From the IMG/VR virus record IMGVR_UViG_3300042882_001046, positions 32,001 to 96,000 of that record: 64,000 bases of DNA. One strand, written 5' to 3'. The position numbers and the translations under genes are program-made. Source of the stretch: a virus. The notes beneath the pieces are model-generated. The model saw only the letters and a list, made by a program, of their open reading frames with translations. It was not told the DNA's origin and did no database searches. Numbering within the stretch: position 1 is the first letter of the stretch; the number at the start of each line of letters is the position of its first letter. This document shows, one piece after another, positions 29,412 to 38,064 of the stretch.

Positions 29412-31889
29412 ATGAAGTATTTTCTTTTATTTTTATTGCTACTTCCAACATTAGCAATTGGACAAATAACCGTAAACGGTTTAACAAAATCAAAATCCGA
29501 AAACATATATTTTTCACATATAAGTTTTAAACACTCAGACGGTGCCACATATTCAACAATTTCAAATGAAAACGCGGAATATAAATTAAACCTTAAATCT
29601 GGTTTATATACAATAAAAGCGTCATACATTGGATATAAAGAATTCACAAAAGAATTAAATGTAACGTCCGACTTAACCTTTGATATAATATTTGAAGAAA
29701 CTGAAACTCAGTTGTCAGAAGTTGTTGTAAGGGCGGCTCCACAAAAAGTAACCGAAGCATCAATTGTTAGGTCAATACGAAATAATAATGTCGTATCCGA
29801 TGGACTATCAATTGAATTTATTAAGAAAACTCCTGACAGAAACGTTGGTGACGCACTTAAAAGAGTTGGTGGGGTAACCATCCAAAACGATAAATTTGTA
29901 TTGGTAAGAGGTTTGGCAGACCGTTATAATTCTGCATTATTAAATAAAACCCCACTACCGTCAACTGAACCAGATAAAAGAGCGTTTTCTTTTGACATAA
30001 TCCCAACTTCTTTAATTGACAACATTATTGTTGCTAAATCATCGTCAGCAAATTTGCCTGGTGATTGGAGTGGGGGATTAGTTCAAATAACAACAAAAGA
30101 AGTTTCTGATAAATTTTTTAATCTGTCATTGGGAAGTGGTTGGGGTTCGGTTTCAACCTTTAGAGATTTTAAGTTAGTTCAAGCTACCGATTTCCCTTCC
30201 ACATTCCCTTCAACTTATAGATACCGTATATCATCAAACGGAGATAAAAGGGCGTATACTAAATTAATTGGTAATCCATCAGTTGAACAGACTAAATCAA
30301 CCCCTAATTTAAATGGAGGATTATCATTTGGTCACGCAAATGGAAAATGGAATTCATTATTTAGTTCTACAATTAGAAATTCATATACACTAAACAATAT
30401 TGAAAGAAAAGATTATCAATCATCAACAGAGTTAGCTTATGACTATAAAGATGTTTTATTTACAAAAAGATTTTCAACAAACAGTTTGTTTAATTTAACT
30501 TACTTGGGTGAAAATAGATACAGTTGGAAAACTTTAGTAAACTACCAAATTGAAGATTCATATCTAAACCGTAATGGCGATAATTTTGATAACGTTCAGA
30601 ATGTTTTAACAACGTCTTCGAATCATGTTAACAACGTTGTAATTAGTTCTCAATTTGACGGTAAAATTAAAACATTAAATTTTAATTTAGGATACAATTA
30701 TACGTTTAGAGAACAACCAGATTATAGGATTAATCCAATCACAAAATCATTAGGTGTTAACGAACCTTACGCAACTGCGTGGAGAGACACATATCGTTTT
30801 TGGAGTGTAATGGATGAAAACTCATTTAACGGTAACATAAATAAAGAACTCAATAATATTAAAATTGGTGGTGGGTACATTAAAAGGTTTAGAGGTTTTA
30901 ACGCTAGAATATTTCGTTATCTATCAACAGACATGATGGATGAAATAACAAACAACACCGACAGATATACTGCCGATTTTGATTTGGGGTCTCTTTACTC
31001 GATGTATGAAAACGAATTTGGTAAATGGAAAATAAATGGTGGAATAAGAGGTGAATATAATTTATTTAATGTTCAAACCGCAGATTTTAGTGGTACGGAA
31101 GTGAATGTTAACAGAAAATATTTAGACCTTTTACCTTCGTTAAATCTCTCATACAACGAAGAAAAAACAAAGTATAGATTCTCAGTAAGTAAAACATTGG
31201 CAAGACCTGAATTCAGAGAAGTTGCTAATTTTGCTTATTATGATTTTGTAAGAAATGCTCAAATATTGGGAAATTCAAAGTTAGAAAAATCTGACATATA
31301 TAATTTAGACCTTAAATACGAATGGTACCCAAAGACAGGTGAAAACATTTCGGTTTCTTTATTTGGTAAAAATTTCATTAAACCAATTGAACAAATTGTT
31401 GCAGACGGCTCAGTTCCTTCAAATCTTCTTTTAACTTACACAAACCCTAATTCAGCAATCTTATACGGTATTGAATTTGAAGTTCGTAAAAAGATAAGTG
31501 ATTGGTTTGATGTTTATACAAATGCTTCGGTAATGAATTCAGAAGTAGAAGTTAATGGTATCAAAAGACAATTACAGGGTCAATCAAACTATGTTTTAAA
31601 CGGAGGAGTAAACATACATAAAAAGAAAAACACCCTTAATTTAACTTATAATAGAGTTGGTGATAGAATATCATCTGTAGGGTTTCAGGGGTATCCTGAT
31701 ATATTCGAAAATAGTAGAGATGTATTAGACATTACATTCTTACATAAACTTTCAAAAGGAGAAATAAAATTGGCAATAGGTGATGTATTTGCTCAACCAT
31801 CAATTTATTACCAAAAGGTACAAAACCGAAATCTAATAAAAATAAACAATGAGCAAACAATTTCATTAACATTAAATCTAACATTATGA
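29412..31889 (+). CDS. TonB-dependent outer-membrane receptor
   Basis: Signal peptide, carboxypeptidase-regulatory-like N-domain, plug (DALKRVGGVTI..VRGLADRYN..D.IP) and barrel (LPS.NL.Y, LARP.FRE, GN..L....I.NLDL.YE). Confidence 0.9.
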   Translation: MKYFLLFLLLLPTLAIGQITVNGLTKSKSENIYFSHISFKHSDGATYSTISNENAEYKLNLKSGLYTIKASYIGYKEFTKELNVTSDLTFDIIFEETETQLSEVVVRAAPQKVTEASIVRSIRNNNVVSDGLSIEFIKKTPDRNVGDALKRVGGVTIQNDKFVLVRGLADRYNSALLNKTPLPSTEPDKRAFSFDIIPTSLIDNIIVAKSSSANLPGDWSGGLVQITTKEVSDKFFNLSLGSGWGSVSTFRDFKLVQATDFPSTFPSTYRYRISSNGDKRAYTKLIGNPSVEQTKSTPNLNGGLSFGHANGKWNSLFSSTIRNSYTLNNIERKDYQSSTELAYDYKDVLFTKRFSTNSLFNLTYLGENRYSWKTLVNYQIEDSYLNRNGDNFDNVQNVLTTSSNHVNNVVISSQFDGKIKTLNFNLGYNYTFREQPDYRINPITKSLGVNEPYATAWRDTYRFWSVMDENSFNGNINKELNNIKIGGGYIKRFRGFNARIFRYLSTDMMDEITNNTDRYTADFDLGSLYSMYENEFGKWKINGGIRGEYNLFNVQTADFSGTEVNVNRKYLDLLPSLNLSYNEEKTKYRFSVSKTLARPEFREVANFAYYDFVRNAQILGNSKLEKSDIYNLDLKYEWYPKTGENISVSLFGKNFIKPIEQIVADGSVPSNLLLTYTNPNSAILYGIEFEVRKKISDWFDVYTNASVMNSEVEVNGIKRQLQGQSNYVLNGGVNIHKKKNTLNLTYNRVGDRISSVGFQGYPDIFENSRDVLDITFLHKLSKGEIKLAIGDVFAQPSIYYQKVQNRNLIKINNEQTISLTLNLTL

Positions 31890-33091
31890 AAAAATTATTA
31901 ATTGCTATTTTAGCATTAGGATTATTGAGTTGCGAAAAAGATTTAGGTGGTGGAGAAGATGGACCAATTAACATTCCAACTTCAACAACACTTTCAGGTA
32001 ACATCAATACAACAACAACTTTAACTGCAGATAAAGTTTGGACACTAAAAGGTTATGTATACGTAACCGACGGAGCAAAACTTATTATTCAACCAGGTAC
32101 GACAATCGTTTCTGACATTGCAGAAAAAGGAGCATTATGTATTGAAAGAGGTGCTCAAATTATTGCAGAAGGAACCGTAACAAAACCAATTATTTTTACA
32201 TCTGGTAGAGCGGTTGGAGAAAAATCACCTGGTGATTGGGGTGGTATTGTAATATTGGGTAGAGCAAAAACCAATAGAACATCAGAACCAACAATCGAAG
32301 GTGGTATTGGCAGACCGTTTGGTGGAACAAACGATTTAGATAATAGCGGTATTCTTCGTTATGTAAGAATTGAATACGCTGGTATCGCGGCAATGCCGAA
32401 TTCTGAAATAAATGCATTGACATTAGGTGGTGTTGGTAGTGGAACAATAATTGAATATGTTCAAACAATTTACGCTAACGATGATGCATTTGAATTCTTT
32501 GGAGGAACTGTATCACCAAGAAACTTATACGCGTTTGCGACCGCAGATGATGATTACGATTTTGACTTTGGATATAACGGAACCGTAACAAACAGTGTTT
32601 CAAAAAGAGACCCTCAATTTGTAGACAACGGAGATGCAGGAAATGGTGTAGAATGTGATAACGATGGAACAGGTTCATCATCACAACCTTTTACACATCC
32701 TAAATTAAGTGGTATGATTTTAATTGGACCGTTTGATGTGTCATCACTATCAAACCATAATTTAGGGTTAAGATGGAGACGTGCAACACAGTTTACAATA
32801 ACAAACTCAAAGATATTAGGTTATCAAAAAGGTTCGTTTTCTATTGAAAGTAATGAAACCGCACAATCATATAGAGATGGGGTATCTAAATTTCAAAATA
32901 ATGAGGTTCAATCGTTTGACCCATTATTAAATTTTAAATCAACCTCAACAGTGTTTACCGCATTACAAATGAAAGAAAAATCGTTAAGTGAAGGTAACCT
33001 TGAGAAAAATTATACGAGAGCAGAATTAGAAATACTTTCTAAACCAACATGGACTAATGGTTGGACAAGATTTCCATCAAGAGGAAATTAA
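31886..33091 (+). CDS. TBDR-associated surface lipoprotein (beta-helix-like)
   Basis: Lipobox LLSC; GDWGGIVILG, DNSGILRYVRIEYAG and DDAFEFFGG motifs; ATGA overlap with the TBDR gene. Confidence 0.8.
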   Translation: MKKLLIAILALGLLSCEKDLGGGEDGPINIPTSTTLSGNINTTTTLTADKVWTLKGYVYVTDGAKLIIQPGTTIVSDIAEKGALCIERGAQIIAEGTVTKPIIFTSGRAVGEKSPGDWGGIVILGRAKTNRTSEPTIEGGIGRPFGGTNDLDNSGILRYVRIEYAGIAAMPNSEINALTLGGVGSGTIIEYVQTIYANDDAFEFFGGTVSPRNLYAFATADDDYDFDFGYNGTVTNSVSKRDPQFVDNGDAGNGVECDNDGTGSSSQPFTHPKLSGMILIGPFDVSSLSNHNLGLRWRRATQFTITNSKILGYQKGSFSIESNETAQSYRDGVSKFQNNEVQSFDPLLNFKSTSTVFTALQMKEKSLSEGNLEKNYTRAELEILSKPTWTNGWTRFPSRGN

Positions 33092-33168
33092 TATTCTTTT
33101 AATTAAAATTTTAAGCCCTCACCTATGGTGGGGGTTTTTTATTTTAAATAATTTACTATTATTACGTT

Positions 33169-33516
33169 ATGAGTTTAACAAAAGTATTAATTGCAACTAT
33201 CATTATGATTTTTGGTCAGATAGGTTCATTTCTGCAATTACAAGGGGCCATCAAATATGGATGGTACGAAAAATATATGTGGGTGGTTTTACTTTCAAGT
33301 ATCCCAATAAGTTATTTGTACATTGTAGCCGTTAGAATGTATGTGGAAGGTTTTGGTGGTCAAATTTGGCCGAGTAGATTGATTGGATTCGCGCTTGGTA
33401 TCATGGTTTTTACATCTATGTCTTCAATGTTGTTTGGGGAACATATGTCATTAAAAACTGTTGTGTGTATATTACTGGCGTTAACAATTGTTGGAATCCA
33501 ATTGTTTTGGAAGTAA
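33169..33516 (+). CDS. 4-TM small membrane protein (DMT/SMR-like)
   Basis: Four hydrophobic segments in 115 aa, with a ..FGE..S.K motif before the last helix. Confidence 0.6.
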   Translation: MSLTKVLIATIIMIFGQIGSFLQLQGAIKYGWYEKYMWVVLLSSIPISYLYIVAVRMYVEGFGGQIWPSRLIGFALGIMVFTSMSSMLFGEHMSLKTVVCILLALTIVGIQLFWK

Positions 33517-33531
33517 TTGGTATTTATTGGT

Positions 33532-35016
33532 ATGAAATTCATGTCAATTCTTATATTAGAAGGTAGAAAAGAAGACCTAAAGAAAAAATACTCAAACAAG
33601 TTTGATGAAGAAACATTAAACTGGATTTTGAATATTTCCGACCTTGTAGATTTCAATCACAAATACACTGACTTTATTTTAAAGGCTTTAGACCCAAATT
33701 CAGATATTGATATGAATGTTGATATTGCCGTTGGGTTAATACAAGATTTTGACAAATATCAATCTCAATTAAATAAGAAAGATATTAATCAATATAATAC
33801 TTTTTCTGAATTAGAAGGAGCTTTATTACCATTCCATGAAAAAGAGAAAGAAAAAGAATTAGAAGGTCAATCTAAAAAAATCTATGAAAAAGGAGATTTT
33901 GTGGTGATTCAACCAAAAACTGAAGAAGCTTCTTGTAAGTATGGCTCAAACACTAAGTGGTGTGTTACATCAAAAGGTTCAGGTCATTTTGGTAGATATA
34001 CCTCAGGTCGTCAATCGTTATATTTTATTATCAACAAAGCCAAATCCACAAACAAAAATTATTCAAAAGTTGCAATCCATTTTGATGATGAAGGGTTTAT
34101 GAGATATTGGGATGCTCAAGATTCACCAATGAGTCAAAGAGAAATTGATGTATTTGAATATGCATTTCCTGAAATGATTGAGTCAATTAAAAATGACTAT
34201 AAGGTTTACAAGGGGTCAATGACAGACAGATTTTTGATAGAAACTTTTGATAAAGTGGGTGAGAATTCTGTTGAAGCTAAAAATTACTTAAATTCTAATT
34301 ATAATTTAACAACTTATATAAGAGGGTTCCAAAACATCCTCGATTTAGGTTTTGGACATTCCGAAGCCCGCTTATCAGTTTCTTTAAAATCGGACACAGA
34401 AAATAAATTAATTGACGAATATCAAGTTTTTATTACGTACAAAAGTAAAGATGATAGAACGTTCTCTGCCAGCATAGGGTTTATGGGGAATGATGAGGTT
34501 GCGGGTGATGATTTTGAGGACCTTGGTCTTGAAGGGTGGGGAATTGATTCAACATACTATCTTGGTAAAACCCCCGCAGAAACCGCTGAAGGTGTTAGAA
34601 GACACATTGTAACAAGAGTATTAGACCACATTAAAAACAATCCAAAATTACTTCAAAAAGTTGCAGGTTCTTCAAGAGTTTTTAGGTCTACCTATGGTTA
34701 CAAATTTGGTAAAAATAAAGGTTGGGTTAAAAAACTTGTTGATTATTTGGATAAAGGAAAGATAGGAACAAAACTAGATTTCCTCACAGATATTGGTTAT
34801 TTAGAAAAAATAACTCAAGACGGTAAAACACAATTTAGAAAAAGTAAACTTGGTTTTCTATATAATCCTCGAGACTTAAGAGGTCAACATTCTTCATTCT
34901 TTGCCGCAGCAAAAAATGCTGGAATTTTAAATTATAGAAAAATAGGAAAAGATTATTTCCTCATCAAAGGTCCAAATTTTGAGGCCTTCAAAGAAGGTAA
35001 GCTCAAGGCTCTTTAG
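33532..35016 (+). CDS. Hypothetical protein with ASCKYG..TKWC motif domain
   Basis: Start moved to 33532 with TATTTAT upstream; this motif type recurs in jumbo-phage proteins. Confidence 0.65.
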   Translation: MKFMSILILEGRKEDLKKKYSNKFDEETLNWILNISDLVDFNHKYTDFILKALDPNSDIDMNVDIAVGLIQDFDKYQSQLNKKDINQYNTFSELEGALLPFHEKEKEKELEGQSKKIYEKGDFVVIQPKTEEASCKYGSNTKWCVTSKGSGHFGRYTSGRQSLYFIINKAKSTNKNYSKVAIHFDDEGFMRYWDAQDSPMSQREIDVFEYAFPEMIESIKNDYKVYKGSMTDRFLIETFDKVGENSVEAKNYLNSNYNLTTYIRGFQNILDLGFGHSEARLSVSLKSDTENKLIDEYQVFITYKSKDDRTFSASIGFMGNDEVAGDDFEDLGLEGWGIDSTYYLGKTPAETAEGVRRHIVTRVLDHIKNNPKLLQKVAGSSRVFRSTYGYKFGKNKGWVKKLVDYLDKGKIGTKLDFLTDIGYLEKITQDGKTQFRKSKLGFLYNPRDLRGQHSSFFAAAKNAGILNYRKIGKDYFLIKGPNFEAFKEGKLKAL

Positions 35017-35227
35017 ATAACCTTCGAAAGTAGATATATAATCCAAAAAACAACCCCGCAACACAATACAAAACGAAGTTTGCGCTCCATAAACTTCCTG
35101 TCAGTAATATTAGGGAGTATTGAACGGCATCGAATCCAAAAGGATTGAAAAATAACGCGAGCATTAAAAATACCTGTGATAGGTTGTCTTGGAGGCTCCT
35201 TCTCCACGTTTTCATTCTTTTCACCAT
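35003..35227 (-). CDS. Small membrane protein
   Basis: 74 aa with hydrophobic helices. Confidence 0.45.
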   Translation of the reverse strand: MVKRMKTWRRSLQDNLSQVFLMLALFFNPFGFDAVQYSLILLTGSLWSANFVLYCVAGLFFGLYIYFRRLSKEP

Positions 35228-35300
35228 CTTCCATATGTAGGTATTTAAAATTTATGCGAATTCCGCGTTGTTTTTTATATAAATACATTATCTTTGTGAT

Positions 35301-35753
35301 ATGGAAAAATTTAATGACAAAGAGGCATTCAAAACTTGGGTCAAACAGAAAACTGAGACCAAAGAAGAGAGATATGCTCGTGTCAAAGAATATTGGAAAA
35401 CTCGAGGTCCGTTTAAGGATAAAAACGATATTCCACAATTACCAATAGTAGATAAAGAAGAATGGGAACAGTTTTATATCCCAAAATTAATTGAGTTGGG
35501 TGCAATTCCAAAAAAAGACTTGGTTGTTGGCGAGTATTACATTGGTGACCACAGGTGTACAGGAATTGCGAGATGGAATGGTGATGTGTTTGAATATTGG
35601 AAATGGGAGTTTTTTCCTATGGAAGACGAATGTAACCATTTTGAAGATGATAATGGATTTGCCCTTTTTGTCCCAATAGGAATTGGGACTAAAGAAGAAT
35701 TTGATAAATATGGTTATGACGCATGGCTAAAAGAAAAAGAAAAAAAGAATTGA
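35301..35753 (+). CDS. Hypothetical protein
   Basis: TATCTTTG promoter element just upstream. Confidence 0.65.
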   Translation: MEKFNDKEAFKTWVKQKTETKEERYARVKEYWKTRGPFKDKNDIPQLPIVDKEEWEQFYIPKLIELGAIPKKDLVVGEYYIGDHRCTGIARWNGDVFEYWKWEFFPMEDECNHFEDDNGFALFVPIGIGTKEEFDKYGYDAWLKEKEKKN

Positions 35754-35754
35754 T

Positions 35755-36378
35755 ATGAAAGTTATATTTTTAGACCATGACGGAGTAATATGCTTATCTA
35801 CTGAGTGGGGTGGTCGCCATAAAAAACAAAAGGAATGGGGCGGACGAAAATTGTCTATGACAAATAGTGAAGTCCCTTTAGATTGTAGATTTGATAACTT
35901 CAATAAAAAGGCAATCAAAATCTTAAATGAAATCTTAGAAGAAACAGGAGCGGAAATCGTTGTGTCGTCTGATTGGAAAAGATGGGCAAACGTTGAGGAG
36001 ATGGGTGAATATTATGAGTCTCAGGGAATCAAAAAGAAACCTATTGCATTTACCCCTAATTTGGGTCAATGTACTTGGTACATTGATGCATATCCTGCTG
36101 GTTTTATGTGGTCTCGAGCATGGGATTTGGAACAAACTAGAGTTATTGAAATTAAACAATACCTACATGACCATCCCGAGATTACTCATTGGGTTTCTAT
36201 TGATGATTTGAGAATGGGTAAAGAAGGTCTTGACTATAGTATACCTTACGAGCATGAGTGGGGATTAGATAATTTTGTTGAGACTCCGAAAAGTACTGAG
36301 GGTATCAAACAAACAGGTATTAAAGAAAAAATTATAAAATTTTTAAATAGTGAAATACAGGACAAGAAGATTAATTAA
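35755..36378 (+). CDS. HAD-superfamily phosphatase (Swiss-Army-knife RNA-repair-like HAD)
   Basis: IFLDHDGVI, IVVSSDW and WVSIDD motifs. Confidence 0.8.
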   Translation: MKVIFLDHDGVICLSTEWGGRHKKQKEWGGRKLSMTNSEVPLDCRFDNFNKKAIKILNEILEETGAEIVVSSDWKRWANVEEMGEYYESQGIKKKPIAFTPNLGQCTWYIDAYPAGFMWSRAWDLEQTRVIEIKQYLHDHPEITHWVSIDDLRMGKEGLDYSIPYEHEWGLDNFVETPKSTEGIKQTGIKEKIIKFLNSEIQDKKIN

Positions 36379-36724
36379 ACCAGAAGATTTAAATCCAAGA
36401 GGAACCCTATTTGGTGGCAGGGTTCTTCAATGGATTGATGAAGAGTCTGCAATTTATGCAATATGCCAATTGAACAGTTCGAACATTGTAACCAAAGCAA
36501 TGTCTGAAATAAATTTTGTGTCTACAGCAAAAGTTGGTGATGTTATTGAATTTGGATTAGATTTAGTTAAAATTGGTACTACATCCATTACAATAGCTTG
36601 TGATGTTAGAAATAAAAAAACAAAAGATTCTATTATTAAAATTGATGAGATTGTATTTGTGTTATTAGACGGAAACGGAAAACCTTACCCTCATGGAAAA
36701 ACAAGAAAAACTGACGACAATTGA
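36350..36724 (+). CDS. Acyl-CoA thioesterase (HotDog, YciA-like)
   Basis: DLNPRGTLFGGRVLQWIDE, IG.TSI and F.VLLD..GKP motifs. Confidence 0.88.
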   Translation: MKYRTRRLIKPEDLNPRGTLFGGRVLQWIDEESAIYAICQLNSSNIVTKAMSEINFVSTAKVGDVIEFGLDLVKIGTTSITIACDVRNKKTKDSIIKIDEIVFVLLDGNGKPYPHGKTRKTDDN

Positions 36725-36908
36725 CATTAAGAAATTAATCAAAGAAGAAGGTCATATCAGAAAATTTCATGGAATCGCCCCTGAAGGGTTTGTTTTAGTT
36801 CACGAAAATACATTAGAACAACTAAAGGACATGGATGTATGGTTAGAGTGGAAAATGGAAAAATTATCTATAGAAGAAATGAATAAAATCAATTTTGATA
36901 ATAATTAA
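36693..36908 (+). CDS. Hypothetical protein
   Basis: 71-aa ORF in the operon. Confidence 0.5.
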   Translation: MEKQEKLTTIDIKKLIKEEGHIRKFHGIAPEGFVLVHENTLEQLKDMDVWLEWKMEKLSIEEMNKINFDNN

Positions 36909-36929
36909 AAATATACTATATTTGTATTA

Positions 36930-37141
36930 AAGAAGTTAAATCGTTGAATGTATGTCTTATTTGGATTTTGAGGTAGAACTCGACCCAAATTGCTCTCAAG
37001 ATTCTCAGGATGATTGGGACCAACACGGTGACAATTGCACATTTTAACGTATGATGGTCAAGTTGGTGTAACTGTCTGCAGCAGTGAACGGGTGCTAGCT
37101 CCAAGGGTTAATATTCCCACCAACCTCTGACCATCTTTTTT
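36930..37141 (+). ncRNA. Candidate structured ncRNA (unclassified)
   Basis: Full TTTG-N19-TATATTTG promoter (36894-36924), several hairpins, a long closing stem (37053-37135) and a U run. Confidence 0.5.
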
Positions 37142-37159
37142 ATTAAAAACAATTTTTTT

Positions 37160-37348
37160 ATGAAAAGACTATTAAGACGCGAACACGGAGAGATTGGAGG
37201 AGTTTGCGGAGGAATTGGAGATTATTTTAACATTGACGAAACTGTAGTACGAGTTTTGTTTTTAATTGGAATTTTCACTCCGTTTCCTACGATTTTCACT
37301 TATTTTTTACTTTGGATATTCATTCCAAAAGATAGATTAATACCATGA
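37160..37348 (+). CDS. PspC domain protein
   Basis: IGGVCGGIGDYFNID..VVR.LF with a TM helix. Confidence 0.88.
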   Translation: MKRLLRREHGEIGGVCGGIGDYFNIDETVVRVLFLIGIFTPFPTIFTYFLLWIFIPKDRLIP

Positions 37349-37737
37349 GTAAAGTAATTAAAAACCCAACATTATTTGTTGACATAGACGGTACACTAGT
37401 TGAGTATCGTAAGTTTAGTGAGTTATCTGAATCAATACTTACCCCAATTCAGGATGTGATTGATTTTGTTAATAACCACTATGATAATGGTTCAGTTGTT
37501 ATGATAACAACAGCCAGACCTTCAACCTACGAATTATTTACCAAACAAGAATTAGAAAAGATTGGTGTAAAATACCATCAATTAATTATGGATTGTGGTA
37601 GAGGTACAAGAGTCATTTTGAATGACAAAGACCCTGAAAATCCGATAGACAGAGCGGTTGGGATAAACTTAGATAGAAACGGTGGGTTAAAAAATATAAC
37701 CATACCTGAGAGTGTAAAATCTTATGAGTCAAATTAA
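37345..37737 (+). CDS. Small HAD-like hydrolase
   Basis: LFVDIDGTL, TTARP and RVILND motifs. Confidence 0.75.
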   Translation: MSKVIKNPTLFVDIDGTLVEYRKFSELSESILTPIQDVIDFVNNHYDNGSVVMITTARPSTYELFTKQELEKIGVKYHQLIMDCGRGTRVILNDKDPENPIDRAVGINLDRNGGLKNITIPESVKSYESN

Positions 37738-38023
37738 AGTATCTGCTAAGAGACACTTAGCAAAAACAATTAGTTATCGTATAATCAGCACATTAATAGG
37801 ATTTTTAATAATGTGGGCAGTTAGTGGAAGTATAACAGTTGGAGCAGCATTTGGAGTTGCGGAATTAGTATATAAACCAATTCAGTATTATATTCATGAA
37901 AGAATTTGGTATAGATATATAAAATATGGTTTGATTAAGATTAAAGACGAAAAACCAAAAAAAGAAGAACAAAAAGAAGAACAAAAAACTAAGAGATTAG
38001 TTTATACTAAAAAGGCCAATTAA
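37724..38023 (+). CDS. DUF2061 membrane protein
   Basis: RHLAKTISYR..ST and YY.HER.W signature. Confidence 0.8.
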   Translation: MSQIKVSAKRHLAKTISYRIISTLIGFLIMWAVSGSITVGAAFGVAELVYKPIQYYIHERIWYRYIKYGLIKIKDEKPKKEEQKEEQKTKRLVYTKKAN

Positions 38024-38064
38024 TATTGGTCTTTTTTATTTATGTCTATGATATTTATTTCAAT

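Noticed and set aside
28933-33091. Integrated island at the tmRNA 3' end
   Set aside because: I found no integrase and no duplicated tmRNA 3' end flanking the TBDR cassette.
37053-37135. Twister ribozyme match
   Set aside because: There is a UAAC after a stem, but the P4 loop and pseudoknot partners do not fit. Left as an unclassified ncRNA.
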